A DNA stretch of 64,000 bases from Deltaproteobacteria bacterium. Lineage in GTDB: Bacteria; Desulfobacterota; Desulfomonilia; UBA1062. The stretch is from positions 20,587 to 84,586 of the forward strand of contig JAHDQN010000040.1 of assembly GCA_018433775.1 (NCBI GenBank), in the 5' to 3' direction. The notes beneath the pieces are model-generated. The model saw only the letters and a list, made by a program, of their open reading frames with translations. It made no database searches and was not told the DNA's origin. Positions within the stretch are counted from its first letter, which is position 1. Each line of letters opens with the position of its first letter. The position numbers and the translations under genes are program-made. Of the stretch, positions 28,708 through 38,429 are shown piece by piece.

Positions 28708-30228
28708 TCAGCTCTTTTTCGCCTTGAACCTGTCGACGTCGATCCCGTATTTCTCCACCTTGTACTGGATGATGCGCTTGGTGGTGCCCAGGACCCGCGC
28801 GGCCTTGCTCTGGTTTCCCTTTGCATCCTTGAGGGCATCGACGATAAGGGAGCGCTCGTAGGCGCCGATGAGGCTGGAGAGCTGGCCCTGCTTCTTCTTC
28901 GCCGGAGCCACCACCTTCATCTGCAGCGAGGGCGGCAGGTGCGTGCTGTCGATGGTGTCGCCGCCCGCGAGCAGCACGGCCCGCTCGATGCAGTTTTCCA
29001 GCTCCCGGACGTTCCCGGGCCAGTGATAGGCGAGGAGCGAGTCGATGGCAGGGGTCGAGATCCGCTTGATGTGTTTGCCGAACTCGTGAGCGTATTTCTC
29101 CACGAAGTAGTCGGCCAGGAGCAGGATATCGCCTCCCCGCTCCTTGAGGGCCGGCATGTAGACCGGAAACACGTTGAGACGGTAGTAGAGGTCGGAGCGG
29201 AAACGCCCCGAGGCCGCGTCCTGCTCCAGGTCGCGGTTCGTGGCGGCGATGATGCGCACGTTGACCTTGACCGTCCGGGTGGTGCCCAGGGGTTGGAACT
29301 GCCGCTCCTGGATCACGCGCAGCAGCTTGGCCTGCGCCAGGGGCGAGAGCTCGCCCACCTCGTCAAGGAAGATGGTGCCCCCGTGTGCCTCCTCGAAACG
29401 GCCCCTCCGGCGCTGGCTCGCACCGGTGAACGCGCCTTTCTCGTGCCCGAAAAGCTCGCTCTCGATCAGGGTGTCGGGCATGGCGGCGCAGTTCACCTCG
29501 ATGAAGGGTCCCGCGGCGCGGGGTGAGTTACGGTGAATGGCCCTGGCCACCAGCTCCTTTCCGGTGCCGGTCTCGCCGTGGATGAGAACCGTGGTGTTGG
29601 AATCCGCGACCTGGGAGATCAGCCCGAAGATCTCCTTCATGCCTTTCGAGTTGCCTACGATCTCGGAGGCCGGCCTCTGGGTCCTGCCCAGGATGTTTTT
29701 CAGCCGCCGGTTCTCTTCTTCGATTGCGCGCGTGTGCACCGCCTTGGCGATCAGGCCCGCCACCTCGGAGAGGTATCGGATCTCGTAGTCCTGGCTGTCG
29801 ACCTGCCGGGCCACCTTGTCGGCGGAGAGCACGCCCACGACCTTGCCGTCGTAGATGATGGGCACGCAGAGGAACGAGAGCTCGGAGCGGTCCAGGAACT
29901 TTCTGGCCCCGGTGCGGTCGAGAAAATGCTCCTCCTTGCCCAGGTTCGCGATCACCATGGGCTTGCCGGTCTGGGCCACCTGGCCCGTAATCCCCTCGCC
30001 CGGTTTGTAGGTGATGTCGAGGCCCTCGATGTCCACACCGTGGGCCAGATCCAGGATCGCCTCCCCCGTGTCCCGGTCGAGGATGGAGATCATGCCGCGG
30101 TCCATCCCGGTCTTCTCGCTCAGAGTCTCGAGCACCTGTTCGAGCTGTTCCCGCAAGTCAAGGGGGGTAGCGAGAATCCGGGCCAGATCGTGGAGAACAT
30201 CCAGGTCTTCGTACTCAAAAAGTGTCAT
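28708..30228 (-). CDS. Sigma-54-dependent transcriptional activator with N-terminal GAF domain (NifA-like architecture)
   Basis: The GAF region is DRGMISILDRDTGEA...ITGQVAQTGKPMVI. The AAA+ domain shows VLIHGETGTGKE and ESELFGHEKGAFTGA. The C-terminal Fis-type HTH is NQSKAARVLGTTKRIIQYKVEKYGI. Confidence 0.88.
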   Translation of the reverse strand: MTLFEYEDLDVLHDLARILATPLDLREQLEQVLETLSEKTGMDRGMISILDRDTGEAILDLAHGVDIEGLDITYKPGEGITGQVAQTGKPMVIANLGKEEHFLDRTGARKFLDRSELSFLCVPIIYDGKVVGVLSADKVARQVDSQDYEIRYLSEVAGLIAKAVHTRAIEEENRRLKNILGRTQRPASEIVGNSKGMKEIFGLISQVADSNTTVLIHGETGTGKELVARAIHRNSPRAAGPFIEVNCAAMPDTLIESELFGHEKGAFTGASQRRRGRFEEAHGGTIFLDEVGELSPLAQAKLLRVIQERQFQPLGTTRTVKVNVRIIAATNRDLEQDAASGRFRSDLYYRLNVFPVYMPALKERGGDILLLADYFVEKYAHEFGKHIKRISTPAIDSLLAYHWPGNVRELENCIERAVLLAGGDTIDSTHLPPSLQMKVVAPAKKKQGQLSSLIGAYERSLIVDALKDAKGNQSKAARVLGTTKRIIQYKVEKYGIDVDRFKAKKS

Positions 30229-30334
30229 ACGGCTTTTCCTTTATCGCTTTCGCGTCGTGTCTTCGCATCGCTCATACGGTTTTCTCCCGCGGAATCCCTT
30301 TCCCTCGTTGAAGGATCCGGAACCCGCCTCTTCC

Positions 30335-32923
30335 CTATCCTTCAAAAAAGCACACCACCTTCTGCTGCACCACATTCGAGACGATTCGCACCTTTTTGTC
30401 GCGTACATCGAAGACCCGGACCACGTCCCGGTATCTTCTCTCCTCGGGCAGAACCTTTTCCAGGATATCGGTAAGACCGTCCTGCCACGATGAGTTGTAG
30501 TACACATCCTCTTTCCAGGGGAAAATGGCCACGAAGAAGATCCGGTTCTCCACGAGGTCCTGGAAAAAGTGCGTGCCGTAGGAGAGCTCGGGCATGAGGT
30601 TGCCCTCGATGGATGCGATCTCTCCCAGGACCGTCATATTGCAGATCTCGGAGAAGTGTACCGGCACACCCAGGGAGGGCGTGGTGGTCCCCCACCTGCC
30701 GGGCCCCAGGAGCATGGTGGACAGGTCGGTGCGTACGGGAGCCTGCCGGTTCAGGATTCCCACCACCCGGCCGATGTCGTACTTCCGCTGCAGCGGGAGA
30801 TCCATATAGGCACGGGGCTCCACAGAGATGATGCGGTCGATGGACTGCGAGATGCTGCCTCCCATGAAGTTGCCGTTCATGCGGAACAGGACGTTCCTGT
30901 CGTCCACCTGCCCGGGAAACTCCACGGGCCTCTCCTCGCCGATGGTCTGCAGCGGCCGGCACTGGACCAGATTTATCCGGAATTCGTCCGGGCCCGTGAA
31001 ATTGATCGTGAACTCGATGTCGACGGGATAATCGTAGCCTTTCTCCAAAACCTTCATCATGGATTGCATCAGGGAGGGGAAATCGGAGCTGGAGAGGAAG
31101 TCGTCAAAGGTGATGATCCATGCATCGTGATCCTCCCTGCCGTACTCCCTGAGCCTTTGGCTCGCCTCGTCGTCGAACACAGCGATGCTCTGGAGGGGCA
31201 TGTCGATGCGCTCGCGGGCGAGACCTGCAAACGCACGGGTCTGGAGCTCGTTGTCGTGGATGTTGATCACGTCCACGCTGTGCTGGGAGAAGGCGCGCAG
31301 TTCGTCCATTCCGGCAAAGGGCCGTTTCAGGGGGTCGTCCAGGGCCACCAGCCGGGGATAGTCCCCTTCCACCCGGTCCACGGCCCGAGTTCCCAGACCG
31401 AGCACCATCCTGAGCATGCCTGCCTTCGGGTCCATGCCCTCCTTCCAGACAAAGGTGTTGTAGGACACCCCCACCCCGCCGATATCCGGGAAGAAATACG
31501 GCCCGCGGTAGGAGCCGGACACCCGCTGGACCAGCAGGGCCATCTGCTCGTCCTGGGATTCCAGCCCCCGCTGCCTGCGGTAGATAAGGGCGCTCTCGTC
31601 CATGGTGCTGGCGAAAATCCGCTTCACCGCAGCTTCGAACCCGGCATAGCGCTCCTCGGGCGAGCCCTGGTTCGCGCAGAAGACGCTCTCATACTTGCCG
31701 GCAAAGGCGTTGCCGAAGGAGTCTTCCAGCAGCGAGCTGGAGCGCACGATGATGGGCGACTGTCCGAAGTACTCGATAATCTGGTAGAAGTGCTCCTTGA
31801 TGTCGTCCGGGAACACCCCCTCGCGCATCCTCTCTGCGAGCACCGGCGCCATGCTGAAAAACCCCTCGGGCGTCTTCTGCTCCATGCGCAGCTTCCAGCA
31901 GCCGTTGTTGACGAGATAGGAATAAAAGACGTCGGAGCCGATGTAGAACGAGTCGTGAGGCTCCAGACGGTTGTCCCAGTCCCTGCCCGTGTCCTCGGCC
32001 AGGAGCTTCCGGGAGAGCAGGAGCCCCACGGTCTTGCCGCCGATGAAGCCCGATCCGATGAGGCGCGCCTTGATGTCCAGAAGATCCTCCAGACTCAGGT
32101 GCTCCTTGACCAGGGCGGACATCCGCGGATCGCGGGTGATCATGAGGTCGCAGAGCAGAGAGACCATCCGCCGCCGCTCCTGCTCCCCGGCATTGGACGG
32201 GGTCAGGCCCTCGGCCTCCATGAAGAGCCTGTCCCAGTAATCCAGGTTCCTCCTCGAGCTCTCCGTGAACCGCGACATGTGCGTGAAGAGCTTCGAGGCG
32301 TCAACGCTGCTGGTCACGGGCATGAACCTGTCCCCCTTTTCCAGGTGGGGCAGGAACATGGTGGGAGAATAGCGTTTCCAGACCTTCAGCGGCTGGACAT
32401 AGAAATCGCTGTCACAGTTGTAGGCATCCAGCAGAACCTGGGTGGTCTCCCTGATCCGCGCCACGGTTGCATAGGAATGACGGTTTCTCACCAGGGCGAA
32501 GTAGGCGACGGTCTTGAGCTCGAAGAGGTAGGGACAGGTGATGAGAAAGAAGTTTCCGATCATCAGGTCCGTGGCCCATGCCGAGAGCAGATCGGAAAGG
32601 CTGTCGAACACATAGTACGTCCCTTCCCCCTCGCCGGTGATGATCGTGTGCACCTGGGTGGAGAACGTCTCGAACCCCTGGTTCGAATCCAGGCGATGGA
32701 TGGTGAGACCTTCCCGGGGCCGCACCAGGGGCTCGTGCCGGGCGAAACGCATGTAGACGACCCGGTTGCGGTCATCGAGCGCCCTGGCCACGAACCGCTC
32801 CGCGATGCCCTGATAATCGCGGATGTCGTCAACCTGCCAGACCACGTTGTCGCCCGGCCGCAGCCAGTCGATGACGGGATCGAGGCCTTCGAGACCTGTA
32901 CTGACGTGATCGATCGCCTTCAT
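30335..32923 (-). CDS. PEP/pyruvate-binding (PPDK_N, ATP-grasp) domain protein with degenerate RecA/KaiC-like N-terminal domain
   Basis: The PPDK_N signature is SPIIVRSSSLLEDSFGNAFAGKYESVFC. The N-terminus TGLEGLDPVIDWLRPGDNVVWQVDD resembles KaiC/RAD55-like ATPases but has no GxxxxGK[ST] P-loop. I prefer the ATG at 32923 to the TTG at 32983. Confidence 0.65.
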   Translation of the reverse strand: MKAIDHVSTGLEGLDPVIDWLRPGDNVVWQVDDIRDYQGIAERFVARALDDRNRVVYMRFARHEPLVRPREGLTIHRLDSNQGFETFSTQVHTIITGEGEGTYYVFDSLSDLLSAWATDLMIGNFFLITCPYLFELKTVAYFALVRNRHSYATVARIRETTQVLLDAYNCDSDFYVQPLKVWKRYSPTMFLPHLEKGDRFMPVTSSVDASKLFTHMSRFTESSRRNLDYWDRLFMEAEGLTPSNAGEQERRRMVSLLCDLMITRDPRMSALVKEHLSLEDLLDIKARLIGSGFIGGKTVGLLLSRKLLAEDTGRDWDNRLEPHDSFYIGSDVFYSYLVNNGCWKLRMEQKTPEGFFSMAPVLAERMREGVFPDDIKEHFYQIIEYFGQSPIIVRSSSLLEDSFGNAFAGKYESVFCANQGSPEERYAGFEAAVKRIFASTMDESALIYRRQRGLESQDEQMALLVQRVSGSYRGPYFFPDIGGVGVSYNTFVWKEGMDPKAGMLRMVLGLGTRAVDRVEGDYPRLVALDDPLKRPFAGMDELRAFSQHSVDVINIHDNELQTRAFAGLARERIDMPLQSIAVFDDEASQRLREYGREDHDAWIITFDDFLSSSDFPSLMQSMMKVLEKGYDYPVDIEFTINFTGPDEFRINLVQCRPLQTIGEERPVEFPGQVDDRNVLFRMNGNFMGGSISQSIDRIISVEPRAYMDLPLQRKYDIGRVVGILNRQAPVRTDLSTMLLGPGRWGTTTPSLGVPVHFSEICNMTVLGEIASIEGNLMPELSYGTHFFQDLVENRIFFVAIFPWKEDVYYNSSWQDGLTDILEKVLPEERRYRDVVRVFDVRDKKVRIVSNVVQQKVVCFFEG

Positions 32924-33005
32924 GGAATTATCCCGTAGCACATTTCGATTCACTATTGAAGCCTGTTCATAGTTTTTCAACAATATTTAGCCCATTTATA
33001 TTCTT

Positions 33006-33021
33006 TGAACAATATTGTACC
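33006..33021. promoter_or_regulatory. Near-palindromic candidate enhancer (UAS) site upstream of amtB
   Basis: TGAACAATATTGTACC, with the perfect 10-bp palindrome ACAATATTGT at 33009-33018. A weaker copy, TCAACAATATTTAGCC, sits at 32977-32992. The site lies about 75 bp upstream of the sigma-54 promoter. Confidence 0.3.
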
Positions 33022-33086
33022 ATATACTTTTTGCCATTTGCAGAATTATACCTTATTTATCATAAAGTTATACCTTCCTGGGCAGC

Positions 33087-33102
33087 TGGCACCCCCCTTG
33101 CT
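33087..33102 (+). promoter_or_regulatory. Sigma-54 (-24/-12) promoter of amtB-glnK-glnD
   Basis: TGGCACCCCCCTTGCT is a perfect match to TGGCAC-N5-TTGCW. It lies about 47 nt upstream of the amtB ATG. Confidence 0.7.
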
Positions 33103-33148
33103 CACCCTGAACAAGCATAAGCCTTGTGATGAAAGGAGACCCATTTTT

Positions 33149-34354
33149 ATGATTTCTTCAGGTGATACCGCTTGGATGCTTGTCGCAACCGCACTGGTCA
33201 TGCTCATGACGCCGGGGCTCTCCCTGTTCTACGGAGGCCTCGTGCGCTCGAAGAACGTTCTGGGCACCATGATGCAGAGCTTCATCTGCCTGGGGCTGGT
33301 TTCCGTCCTCTGGATAGCTTATGGTTACAGCCTGGCCTTCTGCGGCGATGCGGGTGGAGTCATCGGCACCTTCCGGTGGGTCGGCCTTAAGGGGGTGGGG
33401 ATCGATGCCGGGCCTTATTCCGACACCATACCCCATCTGCTCTTCGCGGCCTTCCAGCTCATGTTCGCCATCATCACCCCGGCTCTGATCACCGGCGCGT
33501 TTGCCGAACGAATGAAATTCTCCGTGTTTCTCCTCTTTGTCATCCTCTGGAGCACGTTCGTGTATCTTCCGGTGTGCCACTGGGTCTGGGGCGGAGGCTG
33601 GCTGGGCAGGCTGGGAGCGCTCGACTTTGCCGGCGGCACGGTCATCCACGTCAACTCCGGCACGGCCGCACTGATGGCGGTCCTCGTCATCGGGAGGCGC
33701 AAAGGCTACAAAACCCAGCCCATCTATCCCCACAACCTTCCGCTCACCGTGCTCGGCGCATCGCTTCTGTGGTTCGGATGGTTCGGGTTCAATGCGGGCA
33801 GCGCCCTGGCAGCAAACGGAACCGCCACCCTGGCGTTCTTTACCACACAGGTCGCCACTGGCACCGCGGCGCTCTCGTGGATCCTGGCCGAAAAGATCAT
33901 CCGGGGAAAACCCACCACCTTGGGAGCGGTGTCCGGGGCGGTTGCCGGCCTGGTAGCCATCACCCCGGCGGCAGGGTTCGTGGGACCTGTCTCGGCGATC
34001 ATCATCGGCTTCGTGGCGGGAATCCTCTGCTATCTGGCGGTACTGCTCAAGGAGCGGATCGGGTACGACGACTCTCTCGACGTGGTGGCTGTCCACGGCA
34101 TCGGAGGTCTCTGGGGGGCGCTCGCCACCGGTCTGTTCGCTTCGGTGGGGGCCAGCGGCCTGTTCTTTGGGAATGCCCATCAGTTCTTCGTCCAGATAAT
34201 CGGTGCAGGCAGCGCGATCATCTACTCGGGCATTGTCACCACGATCATCCTCCTGGTGCTGAAATACACCGTGGGCCTGCGGGTGAGCGAGGAAGAGGAG
34301 ATCCAGGGCCTGGATGTGAGCCAGCACAACGAATCCGGATACGCTATCCGCTGA
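33149..34354 (+). CDS. amtB: Ammonium transporter
   Basis: 401 aa from the ATG at 33149 (AAAGGAGA RBS): MISSGDTAWMLVATALVMLMTPGLSLFYGGLVR...DFAGGTVIHVNSG...VHGIGGLWGA. The track's upstream extension is rejected. Confidence 0.95.
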   Translation: MISSGDTAWMLVATALVMLMTPGLSLFYGGLVRSKNVLGTMMQSFICLGLVSVLWIAYGYSLAFCGDAGGVIGTFRWVGLKGVGIDAGPYSDTIPHLLFAAFQLMFAIITPALITGAFAERMKFSVFLLFVILWSTFVYLPVCHWVWGGGWLGRLGALDFAGGTVIHVNSGTAALMAVLVIGRRKGYKTQPIYPHNLPLTVLGASLLWFGWFGFNAGSALAANGTATLAFFTTQVATGTAALSWILAEKIIRGKPTTLGAVSGAVAGLVAITPAAGFVGPVSAIIIGFVAGILCYLAVLLKERIGYDDSLDVVAVHGIGGLWGALATGLFASVGASGLFFGNAHQFFVQIIGAGSAIIYSGIVTTIILLVLKYTVGLRVSEEEEIQGLDVSQHNESGYAIR

Positions 34355-34432
34355 TGTGTCCGGACAGTGATGATATCCGGGTCGTACCGGCAGGGGCAAC
34401 GGGATCACGAGCGATGCAACCAGACAGAATAG

Positions 34433-34789
<357 letters not shown>

Positions 34790-34816
34790 GGCCTCGCCGG
34801 CACAGATCGGAGAAAT

Positions 34817-37300
34817 ATGGACGAACCGATGGACAGCGCTGTGAGCGGCCCTGGTCTCGCCCGGGAACTCTCCTCCCGGGCGGACCGGCATATCCGCACC
34901 CTCTTTGACTCGTGCCGACCCCAGGCAATGAGCAGATGGAGCATCGTCGCACTGGGAGGATACGGGAGGCAGGAGATCTGTCCGTTTTCCGATCTCGACA
35001 TCCTCTTTCTCCTGGAGAAAAAGCCTGCGGCACAGGAGATCGAGAACACCCTGAAGGAAACGCTCTACCCCCTGTGGGATGCCGGATTCAACGCCAGCTA
35101 CAGCGTCAGGACCATACACGAGGTTCTCCTTGACGCCCGGTCGGATTTTTTCTTCCATACCTCGCTTCTCGACGCGCGCCACATCTGCGGCTCGGAGACG
35201 GCATACCGGAAGTGCATGCGTGTCCTCGCCTCAGACCGGTCTCTCAACGACGGCAGACAGTTCATCTCCCGGCTGTCGTTCCATACCCGGAAAAGACACG
35301 AGAAGTTCGGTGACGCCTCCTATTTCCTCGAGCCGCACATCAAAGACGGCAGGGGAGGATTGAGAGATCACCAGAGTATCGTCTGGATAGAAAAGGTCCT
35401 GAAGAACGGCCGCAGCGGATTCGCCCCGCTCATCATTCCCGCCGACCGCAGGGAGCTCGACGCCGCAGCGGAATTCATGCTGAAATCCCGGTTCATGCTC
35501 CACAGGCTCGCCGAGGGAAAAACAGACCGGCTGCACCTGGAATACCAGGAGGACCTCGCCGGGATATTGGGATATGGCCCGCGTTCGGGGGAGAGCCCGG
35601 TGGAGGTTTTCCTGCGGGAGTTTCACCTCAGGGCCGTAACCGTACGCACCGTGCTCGACACCATGCTGCGTTTTCTGGACCGGCCCCGGGGCATCCGGTC
35701 TTTCCTGAACAGGAAGAAATGCGATGGACGGTTCATCCTGTTCTCCGGCCTGTTGTCGTTTTTCCGCCCCGAGGAATTGAAAGACGACCCGCTCATCGTC
35801 ATGTCCGCCTTTGTGAAAATGGCGCGCGAGGGCCTTTCCCTGACGCCGGAGGCACGATCGCAGATTAAGAGCCTGAGCGAATACGACACCCCTCTGAAGG
35901 AGAGCGTCGAGGGGTGTTCGGACCTGCTGCACATCCTCCGGAGCCCGGGTGCGGAAAACACCCTGACCTCGATGCTCGAAACCGGTGTTCTGGAGCAGCT
36001 CGTCCCGGAATTCAGCGCAATACGCGGCAGGACCATCTTCGACGTTTACCATACCCATACCGTGGACCTGCACAGCATCCGCACCGTATGCGAGCTGAAC
36101 GGGCTGAAGGACGATGAACAGGGTGTCCTTGCGCGTGTCACCGATCTCGAGGTCCTGTACTTCAGCGCCTTTTTCCACGACATTGGCAAGGGTTATTCCA
36201 AGCCCCATACCGACTCCGGCGCGGAAATCGTCCGCGCCGTGGCCCCGCGGTTCGGGTTCGATCATGACCGGACCGAGCTTGCAGCCTTTCTCGTGAAAAA
36301 CCACCTGATCATGCCGGAGCTCGCTTACGGGCGCGATCTTTCCGAGGAAAAGGTGGTCAGCTCTCTTGCCCGGCTGGTCGCGACCCCCCGGAGGCTCTCC
36401 ATGCTGTACCTCCTGAGCGTGGCGGACTCGCGTGCAACCGGGCCCGAAGCCTGGAACGAATGGAAAGCCGCACTCCTCCGCGAGCTCTATACCCGGACGA
36501 TCAACATCCTTGAGAAAGGGCTGTTCAAAGATCCCGAAAACGCCATGCGCCTGGAGGAGAAATGGCATCGGCTCATCCGGGAGGCAGAGGGTAACGAAAA
36601 CATGTCGGGCCGGCTCTGGGCATTACCCCAGGCGTACATCCTGGCCGGGAATCTGAAAGACATCAAGCGTCACCTGGCCGTAAGCTCAACTCTCTCCGGA
36701 AGGGACGACCTGATCGTGGAGACAGACCGCCGCGCGGGCCATGTTCTCGTCACCTTCATCACCCGCGATCGTCCCGGTCTGTTCTCGCTGCTCGCAGGCC
36801 TTCTCGCCATCAACCGCCTCGAGATCATCTCCGCAAAGATATTTACCTGGTACGACGGTACCGTGATAGACACATTCATGGTAATCACGCCATGGCCCGA
36901 CTACCGGGGATTCAACTCCATGCACCATCAGTTCAGGGACGTTCTCTCCGGGAAGATCAGGCTGGAAGACCGGATCATGCGGATCAAGCCTCTGCGCACC
37001 ACCGGTGACCCCGGAACGGTTCCCTCCGAAGATGCCGCATCCGTTGCTATCGACAACGACACCTCCGACTTCTTCACCATCATCCATGTGCAGGCATGCC
37101 GCAGGGCCGGGCTCATTCACGATCTTTCCCGCGCCCTCAGCTCTCTCGATCTAGACATTCACCGGGCTTTCCTCACGCGCACGTCCGATCTCGTGACCGG
37201 TGTTTTCTACGTGGTGGACAAGGATGGGGAAAAACTATGGGGGGAAAAGGAACAAAACGAGGTTCTCCGGGCTATTCGCGAGGTGATCGGTACCGGTTGA
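34817..37300 (+). CDS. glnD: [Protein-PII] uridylyltransferase/uridylyl-removing enzyme
   Basis: 827 aa. The nucleotidyltransferase motif is GGYGRQEICPFSDLDILFL, the HD domain shows FFHDIGKG, and there are two C-terminal ACT-like regions. Confidence 0.9.
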   Translation: MDEPMDSAVSGPGLARELSSRADRHIRTLFDSCRPQAMSRWSIVALGGYGRQEICPFSDLDILFLLEKKPAAQEIENTLKETLYPLWDAGFNASYSVRTIHEVLLDARSDFFFHTSLLDARHICGSETAYRKCMRVLASDRSLNDGRQFISRLSFHTRKRHEKFGDASYFLEPHIKDGRGGLRDHQSIVWIEKVLKNGRSGFAPLIIPADRRELDAAAEFMLKSRFMLHRLAEGKTDRLHLEYQEDLAGILGYGPRSGESPVEVFLREFHLRAVTVRTVLDTMLRFLDRPRGIRSFLNRKKCDGRFILFSGLLSFFRPEELKDDPLIVMSAFVKMAREGLSLTPEARSQIKSLSEYDTPLKESVEGCSDLLHILRSPGAENTLTSMLETGVLEQLVPEFSAIRGRTIFDVYHTHTVDLHSIRTVCELNGLKDDEQGVLARVTDLEVLYFSAFFHDIGKGYSKPHTDSGAEIVRAVAPRFGFDHDRTELAAFLVKNHLIMPELAYGRDLSEEKVVSSLARLVATPRRLSMLYLLSVADSRATGPEAWNEWKAALLRELYTRTINILEKGLFKDPENAMRLEEKWHRLIREAEGNENMSGRLWALPQAYILAGNLKDIKRHLAVSSTLSGRDDLIVETDRRAGHVLVTFITRDRPGLFSLLAGLLAINRLEIISAKIFTWYDGTVIDTFMVITPWPDYRGFNSMHHQFRDVLSGKIRLEDRIMRIKPLRTTGDPGTVPSEDAASVAIDNDTSDFFTIIHVQACRRAGLIHDLSRALSSLDLDIHRAFLTRTSDLVTGVFYVVDKDGEKLWGEKEQNEVLRAIREVIGTG

Positions 37301-37394
37301 GTAATCGGAAGAGGATTCATCCCTTCACAGGGGAGGTAAAAACAGGGTATAGAGTGCGGGCGGTTTCTGCCGCCATACCAGGGGAGAAGGTGAC

Positions 37395-38174
37395 ATGCTG
37401 AGCAAGAGGATCATCGTATGCCTCGATGTGAGGGACGGGAAGACCACCAAGGGGGTCAGGTTCGAGGGCAACGTGGATATCGGCGACCCGGTGACCATGG
37501 CCAGGGAATACTACGAGCAGGGCGTGGACGAGCTCGTCTTCTACGACATCACGGCGTCGCACGAGAGGCGGGACATCATGATCGACGTGGTCGATCGCGT
37601 GGCCCGCGAGATCTTCATCCCCTTCTCCGTGGGCGGCGGCATCAGGAGCGTCGACGATATGTATCGGGCCCTTGACGCTGGGGCCGAGAAGATCAGCGTG
37701 AACTCGGCCGCGGTGCGCAGCCCGGACATCATCTCCCAGGGTGCCTGCCACTTCGGAAGCCAGTGCATCGTGCTCGGGATGGACGCCAGAAAGGTGCCGG
37801 CCTCACCCGCCATACCCTCGGGCTATGAGGTGGCGATCAACGGCGGCAGGACCTTCACGGGCATGGACGCCCTGCAGTGGGCCAGGAAGGCCCAGGACCT
37901 GGGTGCCGGAGAGATCTGCCTGAACTCCATCGACGCCGACGGCACCAACGACGGCTACGAGCTCGACCTCACCGGCATGATCTCGCGCAGCGTGGGCATT
38001 CCGGTCATCGCCTCGGGCGGGGCAGGCAGGCCGGAACATCTGCGCGACGTCTTCCTCCAGGCCGATGCCGATGCCGCGCTCATCGCCTCCATGGTCCACT
38101 TCGGCCGCTACACCATCCCGGGTATCAAGGCCTTTCTTAAAAACGCCCACATTCCGGTGCGCGACGTGGTCTGA
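37395..38174 (+). CDS. hisF: Imidazole glycerol phosphate synthase cyclase subunit
   Basis: [55 protein letters not shown]...VGGGIRS...IASGGAG. Confidence 0.93.
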   Translation: MLSKRIIVCLDVRDGKTTKGVRFEGNVDIGDPVTMAREYYEQGVDELVFYDITASHERRDIMIDVVDRVAREIFIPFSVGGGIRSVDDMYRALDAGAEKISVNSAAVRSPDIISQGACHFGSQCIVLGMDARKVPASPAIPSGYEVAINGGRTFTGMDALQWARKAQDLGAGEICLNSIDADGTNDGYELDLTGMISRSVGIPVIASGGAGRPEHLRDVFLQADADAALIASMVHFGRYTIPGIKAFLKNAHIPVRDVV

Positions 38175-38429
38175 GCCCGGCTCTTCCACCCAGGAGGCTC
38201 TATCCCGATCTCTCTGCCGGCTTATCGGCCCCGAGAGGTTTCATGACATGAACAGAGACCGGGGCTTCTCTTGCGGGATTTTCCCGGAATCCAGCCGCTG
38301 TCTGCTCTTCGGAACCGGCAACCGCCCCGGGCCGCGAAATGCTCCTCGAGCCGCTCAAACCGGGGCCCCGGGTGATGAAACAGCTCAGGTGATCGCATGC
38401 TCGGCGACTTCTGATGCACGAGCGCGAAA

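Noticed and set aside
30569-32938. 789-aa plus-strand ORF
   Set aside because: It is antisense to the PPDK_N-domain gene, has no motifs, and has GC-bias composition. The minus-strand frame carries the IVRSSSLLEDSFGNAFAGKYES signature.
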